Shown in pieces: positions 49,919 through 58,493 of a stretch of DNA of 64,000 nucleotides. Made by a program: the position numbers and the translations under genes. The notes under the pieces were generated by a model. It did not search any database and was not told the DNA's origin. It saw only the letters and a program-made list of their open reading frames with translations. The first letter of the stretch is position 1, and every line of letters begins with the position of its first letter. The stretch comes from an uncultured Methylomirabilota bacterium (GTDB lineage: Bacteria; Methylomirabilota; Methylomirabilia; Methylomirabilales; 2-02-FULL-66-22), in the NCBI GenBank assembly GCA_963845565.1, contig CAWJSJ010000005.1, forward strand, positions 352,001-416,000. Direction: 5' to 3'.

Positions 49919-51489
49919 GGGCGCGCCATCGCCTCCGGGTCCTCGGGGTTCGCGTCGCGGCCGGGTGCCACCTGGGCGGCAGGGGCGACGGGCCAGTGGA
50001 GCCGGACCGCGGTCCCACGCCCCTCGGCACTCTCGATCTCGATGGCGGCATGGTGGGCGCGGGCGATGTCCTCGACGATGGACATGCCCAGGCCGGTGCC
50101 GCCCCGTCGCTCCTTGGTGGAGAAGAAAGGCTCGAAGATCTTCTCCAGGCGGTCGGCGGGGATGCCGCACCCGGTATCGGCGACACAGATGGTGACGTGC
50201 GGTGTGCCGGCGTATCCTCTCCGGACGGACGACCCATTCTCCATGGCGGTGGGGCCCGCAGGGGACGCCTCCTCTCCTGCCGTGAGCCGCACCTGTCCGC
50301 CGGCCGGGGTGGCATCCAGCGCGTTGGTCACCAGGTTGAGCAACACCTGCTGGAGCTGATCGGGATCCGCCAGAAGCATGGGGAGCGCCTGGCTCACCTC
50401 CGCCGTCAGCCGGGTCCCGCGGCGCTGGGCGAGCGGCCCGAGAAGGTCCGCCACGCGATCGAGGACCGGCCCGATGGCGACGGGGCGAGCCGCCGGGCGG
50501 CGCGGCCGGGCGTACTCCAGCAGGTGCCGAATGATCTCGCTCACGCGTTCGACCTGGCGCAGGACCGTGGCGGTGTGTCGACCGACCGGGTGGTCGGACG
50601 GGAGCGCCTTCTGGATGGACTCGATCCGTCCGGAGATGATGTTCAGTGGGGTGCCGATCTCGTGGGCTACCTCGCTGGCCAACCGGCCGATCGCCGCCAG
50701 TTTTTGCTCCTGCTGCAACTGTCGCTCGGTGTCCAGCCGAGCCTGCGACTCCGTCAGAAACCCCTGTCGTGCGGTCTGCAGATCCTCGGCCATCCGATTG
50801 AAGGCCGAGGCGAGCTGGCCGATTTCGTCGCGGCGTCGCATGGAGATCCGCTGATCCAGGCGGCCGCGCCCGACGGCGAGGGCCGCCCGGACCAGCGCGC
50901 GAATCGGCCGACGGATGCTGATGCGAACCGTCAACCAGATGACCGCGGCGATCGTCAAGCTGAGCAGGCTCATGCGCAGGGCCAGGTCGCGCGTGGCGTC
51001 GTCGATCTGCCGCTGCACGCGGGTGGCGACGTGGATGATTTCCAGGCCACCGATGATGCCTCCACGCCGGTTCTTGAGGGGGAGGACGACGTACACCACC
51101 GGACGCGGTGCCGTCGCCAGGTACTGGACGCGCCGCTCGCCGCTCTTCAGCACCCGATCCCACTCCTCCCGCGGAATCGTGGTGGCGGCGGCGGCATTCG
51201 TGGTGGCGGCGTTGATCTCCTCCAGCCGACCGTTGAAGATCCGGATGCGGTCCACGGGATTCGGATCGCGGACGATCTCGGTCAGGAGCTCCCGGATGTC
51301 GTCGGGTTGCCTGTCCCGCAGGGCGTGCTCGACGGCCAGGCCGATGGCGTTCGCCAGGACAACGACCTCCGCCTGGAGCTCCCCGATCAATCGATTCCGC
51401 TCCTGCTGCATCCGGAGATAGCCGAAGCCGGCCAGGACCGCGGAGACGGTGAAGAGCAAGAGGAGCGTGAGTTTTGTCGCGATACGCAT
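49915..51489 (-). CDS. Membrane sensor histidine kinase (2 TM, HAMP, HisKA, HATPase)
   Basis: [40 protein letters not shown]. Confidence 0.93.
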   Translation of the reverse strand: MRIATKLTLLLLFTVSAVLAGFGYLRMQQERNRLIGELQAEVVVLANAIGLAVEHALRDRQPDDIRELLTEIVRDPNPVDRIRIFNGRLEEINAATTNAAAATTIPREEWDRVLKSGERRVQYLATAPRPVVYVVLPLKNRRGGIIGGLEIIHVATRVQRQIDDATRDLALRMSLLSLTIAAVIWLTVRISIRRPIRALVRAALAVGRGRLDQRISMRRRDEIGQLASAFNRMAEDLQTARQGFLTESQARLDTERQLQQEQKLAAIGRLASEVAHEIGTPLNIISGRIESIQKALPSDHPVGRHTATVLRQVERVSEIIRHLLEYARPRRPAARPVAIGPVLDRVADLLGPLAQRRGTRLTAEVSQALPMLLADPDQLQQVLLNLVTNALDATPAGGQVRLTAGEEASPAGPTAMENGSSVRRGYAGTPHVTICVADTGCGIPADRLEKIFEPFFSTKERRGGTGLGMSIVEDIARAHHAAIEIESAEGRGTAVRLHWPVAPAAQVAPGRDANPEDPEAMARP

Positions 51490-51802
51490 GAGGGTCACCC
51501 GGAAGGGGGAGATCCGGTCAGCCACGCGGGCGCGACTGGCCGTCCAGCGTCCGCATGAAGTACGCTAACACACGCAAGAAAACGGTGCAAGGTTGACCGG
51601 GACGGGCGAGCTGCGTGCCCACGGGGACTCAAGGCACGCCGTCGACGGCGAGGACTTCCGAGGGCGTGCCTGCTCGTGATATGCTCCCCGGAACTGAATG
51701 CCTCACACGGCTGCGAGGGGGACGGGCGCCGGGTGGTTGGGGGCGTTCGGTCCCGTGCGGGAACTCACATTCCGACCGAGGAGCGGAGAGAGGCGGCCAT
51801 CC

Positions 51803-52768
51803 ATGAACCGACACGACCACGTTCTGGGCTCCGTCATCGAAGCGATCGGGGAGACGCCGCTGGTGGAACTTCGGCGGCTCGGCCGGGCGCTGGACGGCCG
51901 GATTCTCGCCAAGCTGGAATATCTCAATCCCGGCTTTTCGAAGAAAGACCGGATCGCGCGGCAGATCATCGAGGATGCCGAGGCAGACGGGCGACTCCGG
52001 CCCGGGCAGACGGTGGTCGAGCTCACCAGCGGCAACACCGGGACCGGCCTGGCCATCGTCTGTGGGATCAAGGGGTATCCCTTCGTGGCGGTGATGTCGA
52101 CGGGCAATTCGATGGAGCGCGCCCGGATGATGCGCGCCCTCGGTGCCGAGGTGGTCCTGGTGGCCCAGATGCCGGGCTCGGTACCGGGGCAGGTCTCGGG
52201 CCAGGACCTGGCGCTGGTCGAAGAGGAGGCACAGCGGGTCGTGCAGGCGCGAGGCGCGTTTCGTGCCGATCAGTTCCAGCTGGCGGGAAACATGCGGGCG
52301 CACCTGCTGCACACGGGTCCCGAGATCCTGCGGCAAACCGGCGGGCGATTCGACGCCTTCTGCGATTTCGTCGGCACCGGCGGGAGCTTTTCCGGGTGCG
52401 CCGCGGCGTTCAAGCGGCACCGTCCATCCATCGGGTGCTACGTGGTGGAGCCGGCGGGCGCGGCCACCCTGAAGGGAGAGGCCGTGACGAATCCGGGGCA
52501 TCGCATCCAGGGTGGTGGCTACTCGATGGCGACGCTCCCTTTGATGGATCCCGCCCACGTGGACGGCTACCTCACGGTGACCGACGCCGACGCCGTGGCC
52601 TGGGCCCGACGGCTGGCCGCCGAGGAGGGGATCTTCGCGGGCTTCTCCTCCGGCGCCAACGTCGCGGCGGCGGCCCAGATGCTCCAGGGGGCCTATCGAG
52701 GGAAGACGATCGTCGCCATGATGTGCGATTCGGGGCTCAAGTATCTCAGCACCGACCTGTGGGAGTGA
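51803..52768 (+). CDS. PLP-dependent cysteine synthase family protein
   Basis: IGETPLV, KLEYLNPGFSKKDR, TSGNTG, GTGG, GFSSGAN, DSGLKYLST. Confidence 0.9.
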   Translation: MNRHDHVLGSVIEAIGETPLVELRRLGRALDGRILAKLEYLNPGFSKKDRIARQIIEDAEADGRLRPGQTVVELTSGNTGTGLAIVCGIKGYPFVAVMSTGNSMERARMMRALGAEVVLVAQMPGSVPGQVSGQDLALVEEEAQRVVQARGAFRADQFQLAGNMRAHLLHTGPEILRQTGGRFDAFCDFVGTGGSFSGCAAAFKRHRPSIGCYVVEPAGAATLKGEAVTNPGHRIQGGGYSMATLPLMDPAHVDGYLTVTDADAVAWARRLAAEEGIFAGFSSGANVAAAAQMLQGAYRGKTIVAMMCDSGLKYLSTDLWE

Positions 52769-52814
52769 GCCGCCTCGGGCGCGCGACCGTTTTGGCGCGG
52801 GACGGCCGACGCGG

Positions 52815-55800
52815 TCACGGTCCGAGTAGCGCCTCCGGGAGATCGAGCAGACGGCGGAAGGCGCCGAACACGTTTCGCCCCACACTCTTGAGCGGCAACG
52901 ACTCGACCGTGGGATTGCTCAGAGTGCCGGTCACCCGGTAGAACGCCGCGATCACAGCCCCGTCCTTCCCGCCCAGCAGCCATCCAGCCACCGGGATCTT
53001 GGTGACGATCCTGTCCACGGTCTGGAGCGGCTTGACCGCGATATCCATCCGGACCGTCTCGGTGACGAGGTTGATGTGGCCATGGGCGCTCAGCGTGAAT
53101 GCGGGACTTTCGAGGAGCAGGTTTTCCGTGCGGGCCACGCCGTCCTCGATTCGGATATCGGCGGTGAGGCGCCGATACGGAATGCCCTGCGAGGAGAACG
53201 CCAGCGCCTTGGGGTCGAGGAGTTGTGCGACATCGATCAGGGAGAGCAGCCTGACCATGAAGGTTTGCCTTCCGAGCTGGCCGTCGCCCAGCCCGAATTT
53301 AATATCGCCGTCGAGGTTCGGCCAGAAGCCCTGCGCGCCGTGCCCCTGGCTCGCGAGGGTGCCACCGAGCGAGAGGAGCCCCGTGACCTCATGCCCCTGG
53401 AAGAGTCCGGCCAGGATCTGTTCCGCGCGGCCTCCCTCTTCCTGGAACGCGCACTGGAACGTCCAGGCGTCTCCGCGCCAGGAGGCCTCGCCCGTCCCCT
53501 GCAGTGTCCCTCCGGCGATACGCGCACGAAACTCCTGGACGCGCGCGCGCCCCGGCTCGATCGCTGCCGTGCCGTGTACTTCCTGGAACGGGGCGGCCAG
53601 GTTGTCCAGCGTGAACGTCCCGCCGGCGAAGTCTAGCGCTCCCTGGAGCTCCGGCGCCTGCAGGGTTCCGCGGAGGCGCAGGTCAGCCCGCGCCGTACCC
53701 GCCACGGGTTTCACCCCTGGGAGATACCGGGACAGGGCCGCCAGAGGAACCTGCCCCGCAACCCGCAGGTCGGGGCCCCTGCCGGTCACCGTGCCGCGGA
53801 TGTCCAGGTCACGATCCCGGGAGTGAAGTCGGACCTGACGAAGTGACGCCGTTTCTCCCTTCCAGGATATCTCCACCGGTCCCCTGTTTTCCCACGGTTC
53901 GTCCGCCAGCCGGAGCCGGAGCGCGCTAAACGTTGCCTCCCCGGCGGCCTCCGCGAAGTCGGCGGCTTTCCCGTCCATCAGAATGCGTCCGGTGCCCCGG
54001 GCCGCCGTGCTCCGGAGTTCCTCGATTCCCGCCAGGCGAAACAGGGGCGCGAGATCGGCATCGGCGAGCGTCAGGTCGAGCCGAAGCGTGCGGTCCGGCG
54101 AGGGGCCAAGATTCAGCCGAAGCCGCTGGCTCCCCTGTCGCATGGTCAGGTCCAGATCGACCGCGCCACGGTGATACGTGAAGGCTGCCGGCCCAGGGCC
54201 CAGAGGAACCTCCCGGAATAGAAGGGCCTCGGCCACGGCCTTCCCCGCAATCCGCGGCTCCTGCAGCGCCCCCTGCACGTCCAACTGAAACGACGCCCGG
54301 CCGGCGACCTGGCTGCCGGCGAGCAAGGCGATCCTGCCGAGATCCATGGGTGTGGAGAAGAGTTGCCCGCTGAGCGTTCCGTCGCGACCGATCCGGACGT
54401 CCCCGGTGAGTTGCTCGCCGCCGCGCCGGAGAGAGAGGCGGGCCATCTCGACGGCGGTCGGCGTCAGGCGGAGCACGACATCGCCGCGCTGCCATTTCTC
54501 CTCCCACGTCTGGGGGTTGGTGAAGGCGACCTCCACCTCGCCGGTCAGGGCCTGCGGCGTCCCGGCAATCCGGCCGCTGGCCTGGAATGCTCCGCGGATC
54601 GGAAACCCGGCCGGAAGGAAGGGGGCAAGATCCGCGGTCCGACCGGGGTTCACCTGTCCCTGGAGGTCCAGGGTGATGTCGCGTCTGAAGTCGAGCGTGC
54701 GCAGTGGGGTCGCTCCGGGCGTGGCGGCGCTTCCCTGCAGGGTGGCGACAGTCTGGCCGAGGCGGATGACGAGTCGCGACGACCGGAGCGTGCGAGGAAC
54801 CCACTCGATCTCGCCGTCGATCTGATCCAGGGCGTGCAGCCCGAACCGTGGGTCTCGCCACGCCACGCGCCCCTGGAAGCGCGGGGCGTCGCGGGTTCCG
54901 GTGACCCGGCCGCCGAGCGTCGCCGTCCCGCCGAGTTGCGGCAGGCCGAAGCCGCGCCCGAAAGTCGTCACGCTTCGGATCTCGGCCTGGATCGGGAAGT
55001 CGAGTTCGCCGGCCGGGAAATGCACGTTGCCGGAACCCCGCACCGTGGCGCCCGGCACATCCAGGGTGAAGGTTTCCAGGGCGAGTCGCGACGTGGTGGC
55101 GAGGAGGCGCGCCTCCAGGCGGCCGCTAGGGAGTCCGGCCTCCAGGCTCAAGTCGTCCACGCGCACGCGCCCGTATCCCCGGAGCGTCGCGAGATCGGTT
55201 CCACGTCCCGTCAGGTCCACGTCGGCCGTGAGCTGTCCGCCCACCTCCGGCGGTAGGGTCAGCCCGGCGGCCGCGGCGACCAATGCGGGCACGCCGGTCA
55301 GGTCCCCGAGATCCACCTGCTGGACTTTGAGGTTGGCCCGATAGGTGCCCGTGGCCGGTTCCAGAACAACTCTCGCCCGGAGCGCGTCGGACCGGTCCGA
55401 CGGCGGCGTCTCGAGAGCCAACCGACCGTCGGCCCACTGCACGTCAAAGGCGAACGGCTTGCGCGCCCGTGGTGCCGCCTCGAACTGCAGGCTGCCTCGG
55501 CCATGAAACGCCGCCTTCGTCCACGGCCCGGACACGCGCCCCTCGGCGGCGAGGAGGCCCTGGTGCGCGAATGCAACACCGGCGTGCTTAAGCAAGACGT
55601 CGAGGGGGAGTGAGCCTGTCAGGCGGAGGTCGCACTCGGCCGCGCCCATTGGTTCCAGGATGCGGCCCTGTCCGGTGACGCGCCCGCCTGCCACGCGTCC
55701 TTCGGCCGACGCGATGTCAACGGCGTGGGCGGTTCCCCCCGCCTCGAGGCGGAGATCGGAGATCTCCCGCAGGGCGCCGCCCGATGGAAACTGCAGGCGC

Positions 55801-56408
55801 GAGGCGCGCAGGCTTCCCGCGACGGATGCCGGGCTGTCCGCAACCCGCTGCCATTCGACCGACCCCTCCACGCCGTCCAGATGCGCGGTGGATTCCGGTG
55901 GGCCCCAGACCACCTGGCCCTCCTCGATGGCGGCCCGCCGGATCTCGACCGTCCAGCCGACCAAGGCGCCCGGTTCGGTCCCGGGAACGGGAAGGAATTG
56001 GCCACGCGAGGAGAGGGCCAAGGCACCGGGCGCCGGGAGCCGGAGCCGGGGTCCGACGAGCACAAGGGGGTCGAGGACGAGCGAGCGTCGGAACAGGGCG
56101 GCCCAGCTCCATCCCAGCCGGATCGTGTCGGCGGTGAGCAGGGCCGTCCCACCGTCGGCGCCCGGTCCGCCGGCCACGCGGATCCGGTGAAGGTCCAGAC
56201 GCCCCTGCCACAGACGGAGCGAGACGCGCTCGACCTGCACCTCGCGACCGGCGACCTGCGTCAGCCGGGATTCCGCCCAGCGAAGGATCCGTCCGTGCAC
56301 GCCGGGGATGTGCCCAGCCAGGACGACCGCCAGAACCAGAGCGAGGAGGAGGCCGGCAACGAGGAGCAGCAGGCGGCGGGGCGAGGCGATTCTCCTGAGC
56401 CACCTCAT
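52815..56408 (-). CDS. Large AsmA/YhdP/TamB-like envelope-spanning protein
   Basis: 1197 aa; N-terminal anchor, long run of alternating beta strands, C-terminal KIPVAGWLL..VTGTLSNPTV. Confidence 0.8.
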   Translation of the reverse strand: MRWLRRIASPRRLLLLVAGLLLALVLAVVLAGHIPGVHGRILRWAESRLTQVAGREVQVERVSLRLWQGRLDLHRIRVAGGPGADGGTALLTADTIRLGWSWAALFRRSLVLDPLVLVGPRLRLPAPGALALSSRGQFLPVPGTEPGALVGWTVEIRRAAIEEGQVVWGPPESTAHLDGVEGSVEWQRVADSPASVAGSLRASRLQFPSGGALREISDLRLEAGGTAHAVDIASAEGRVAGGRVTGQGRILEPMGAAECDLRLTGSLPLDVLLKHAGVAFAHQGLLAAEGRVSGPWTKAAFHGRGSLQFEAAPRARKPFAFDVQWADGRLALETPPSDRSDALRARVVLEPATGTYRANLKVQQVDLGDLTGVPALVAAAAGLTLPPEVGGQLTADVDLTGRGTDLATLRGYGRVRVDDLSLEAGLPSGRLEARLLATTSRLALETFTLDVPGATVRGSGNVHFPAGELDFPIQAEIRSVTTFGRGFGLPQLGGTATLGGRVTGTRDAPRFQGRVAWRDPRFGLHALDQIDGEIEWVPRTLRSSRLVIRLGQTVATLQGSAATPGATPLRTLDFRRDITLDLQGQVNPGRTADLAPFLPAGFPIRGAFQASGRIAGTPQALTGEVEVAFTNPQTWEEKWQRGDVVLRLTPTAVEMARLSLRRGGEQLTGDVRIGRDGTLSGQLFSTPMDLGRIALLAGSQVAGRASFQLDVQGALQEPRIAGKAVAEALLFREVPLGPGPAAFTYHRGAVDLDLTMRQGSQRLRLNLGPSPDRTLRLDLTLADADLAPLFRLAGIEELRSTAARGTGRILMDGKAADFAEAAGEATFSALRLRLADEPWENRGPVEISWKGETASLRQVRLHSRDRDLDIRGTVTGRGPDLRVAGQVPLAALSRYLPGVKPVAGTARADLRLRGTLQAPELQGALDFAGGTFTLDNLAAPFQEVHGTAAIEPGRARVQEFRARIAGGTLQGTGEASWRGDAWTFQCAFQEEGGRAEQILAGLFQGHEVTGLLSLGGTLASQGHGAQGFWPNLDGDIKFGLGDGQLGRQTFMVRLLSLIDVAQLLDPKALAFSSQGIPYRRLTADIRIEDGVARTENLLLESPAFTLSAHGHINLVTETVRMDIAVKPLQTVDRIVTKIPVAGWLLGGKDGAVIAAFYRVTGTLSNPTVESLPLKSVGRNVFGAFRRLLDLPEALLGP

Positions 56409-57763
56409 AAGGCGTCTTGAGGGCGGATCGGATCCTTCCGGCCTGCGTCCCGCTGACGGGACTCGATCTTCACGCGGGCGATCCGCCGCCCGTCCATGTC
56501 CACGATCGTCAGCCGCCAGTCCTCGTAATTGACGATCTCGCCCCCGCGCGGCATGCGCTGCAGTTGCGTGATGAGAAAACCGGCGAGGGTCTCATATTCG
56601 GCCGATTCCGGGAACGCCAGACGATGCTGGTCGGCGAGGTCGTGGATGCTGATGGAGGCGTCCACGATATACGACCCGTCGCGGAGGCGCCGCACCGCCT
56701 GATCCTCCCGATCCGTCTCGTCTTCGATCTCGCCCACGATCTCTTCGATCAGGTCTTCGATGGTGATGAGGCCCTCCACGCCGCCGTATTCGTCCACCAC
56801 CAGGGCCATGGGCATCCGGCGCCGCTGCATCGATTTGAGCAGGCGGCTTACCCGCGTCGTCTCGGGGGTGAAGAAAGCCGGACGCACGACCTGGGCCAGC
56901 ACGATCGGCTTCTTCTCCGCCAGGAGTCGGAAGAGGTCCTTGTCGTAGAGGATGCCCAGCACCTCGTCCAGGGTGTTGCGATAGACCGGATAGCGTGACT
57001 TGCCGGTCTCGACGATATGGGCGAGCACCTGCTCGATGGGGGTCTCGACGTCGATGGCCTGGATGCGGGGACGCGGAATCATGACGTCCTTGACCGACGA
57101 TTCGGTGAACTCGAAGACGCTGTGAATCAACTCCTGCTCGGTCTGATCGAAGACCCCCTGGTCGCGCCCCTCCTGGACCATGTGTTTGACTTCCTCTTCC
57201 GAGATGAAGGCGCGTTCGGCGGCCCCCTTCTGTCCGAGGAGGCGGAGGACAAAACGATTGGAGGCGGTGAGGAGCCGGATCAGGGGGGAGGCGGCCCTGG
57301 CCAGGCTGTCCAGTGGGCCGGAGACGAAGAGTGCCAGCGACACCGCGTGGCGAAGGGCCAGGGATTTCGGAACCAGCTCCCCCAGAATCAGGGTCGCGTA
57401 GGTGATGCTCACGACGACGATGACGAGGGCCAGCGGTTCCGCCATCGCGGGCACGAACGGCAGCGGTATCCCGCCGATCATCGGCGAGAGGGCGCGGACG
57501 GCCGCCACGCCGCCCACTGCGGAGGCGAGGGTCCCGACGAAGGTCACCCCGACTTGGACCGTGGCGAGAAAGCGGTCCGGGTCTAGCTGGATGCCGACCA
57601 CCCGCTTGGCGCGCGGATCGCCGTCGCTGGCGAGTTGCTGGACGCGGCTCCGCCGGGCGGAAATCAGCGCGATCTCCGCGGCGGAAAAAAAGCCGTTCAG
57701 CATGATCAGGACCGCGATGAAAATGATCTCCAACCACAGTCCGTTCAGCGCCGAGCCATCCAT
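56405..57763 (-). CDS. CNNM/CorC (hemolysin-like) CBS-domain metal transporter
   Basis: NGFFSAAEIA, GELVPK, MIPR, SRYPVY, VVDEYGG, EEIVGEI. Confidence 0.93.
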   Translation of the reverse strand: MDGSALNGLWLEIIFIAVLIMLNGFFSAAEIALISARRSRVQQLASDGDPRAKRVVGIQLDPDRFLATVQVGVTFVGTLASAVGGVAAVRALSPMIGGIPLPFVPAMAEPLALVIVVVSITYATLILGELVPKSLALRHAVSLALFVSGPLDSLARAASPLIRLLTASNRFVLRLLGQKGAAERAFISEEEVKHMVQEGRDQGVFDQTEQELIHSVFEFTESSVKDVMIPRPRIQAIDVETPIEQVLAHIVETGKSRYPVYRNTLDEVLGILYDKDLFRLLAEKKPIVLAQVVRPAFFTPETTRVSRLLKSMQRRRMPMALVVDEYGGVEGLITIEDLIEEIVGEIEDETDREDQAVRRLRDGSYIVDASISIHDLADQHRLAFPESAEYETLAGFLITQLQRMPRGGEIVNYEDWRLTIVDMDGRRIARVKIESRQRDAGRKDPIRPQDAL

Positions 57764-57778
57764 GAGCGACTCCTTGGC

Positions 57779-58402
57779 CTAGCGGCCCTCGACACTCGAC
57801 ACGTCCTGGCGGAGCACCTGGGGGATGCTGATCCCGCCCGAGAGGATGATCTGGATGCCCTGGGGAACGGTCAGGCGGGTCAGGATGATGTCTTCTCGCC
57901 GCGCCAGCAGGATGTCCCCCAGGTACAGGTGATTGGTCGGGACATACACGGCCACGAGCGGTTCGGTCGTGCCGTTGGCGCGCTGCAGGGCCACGGCGCC
58001 GGTGAGAAACCCGAAGCAGTAGTGCCCCTCGCGGTTCTGCAGGACCACGAACTCCTTGAACGCGACCTGGTTGTCCGGCGAGAAGGCGTTCAGCAACTGC
58101 TTGACGGCCGAATAGACGCTCCGGAAGATGGGAATGCGGTACAGCCCGCCGTCGAGCCACCCCAGGATCCGCCGGCCAACCACGTTGGTGGCGAAGATCC
58201 CCATCAGGAGGACCAGGAGGGTTGCCACCACCAATCCCAGCCCGGGAAGGTGAAAGGGGAACGTGTCGCCGATGAACGGCGCCAGCAGTCGGTCCACGAA
58301 GGTGAACAGCTCCCAGAATACCCAGACCGGAATCGCGATGGGCATGATAACCAGGAGGCCGGCGACGAAGGTGATCTGCAACTGCCGTCGAATGCTGCTC
58401 AT
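57779..58402 (-). CDS. DUF502 family membrane protein
   Basis: FVAGLLVIMP, IPIFRSVYSAVKQL, VYVPT, ILSGG. Confidence 0.88.
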   Translation of the reverse strand: MSSIRRQLQITFVAGLLVIMPIAIPVWVFWELFTFVDRLLAPFIGDTFPFHLPGLGLVVATLLVLLMGIFATNVVGRRILGWLDGGLYRIPIFRSVYSAVKQLLNAFSPDNQVAFKEFVVLQNREGHYCFGFLTGAVALQRANGTTEPLVAVYVPTNHLYLGDILLARREDIILTRLTVPQGIQIILSGGISIPQVLRQDVSSVEGR

Positions 58403-58493
58403 GGATGATCCAGGGGTGAGAGGTCAGTGACGAAGGGACAATGATCAAGGTCCAGCGTGATGCTCAGCGCTCGGGACTCCGCTCTCGACTCCA

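Noticed and set aside
48530..51163. 877-aa ORF as a long hybrid regulator
   Set aside because: The N-terminal extension is an alternative frame of the kinase; the real start is the ATG at 49918 overlapping the kinase stop
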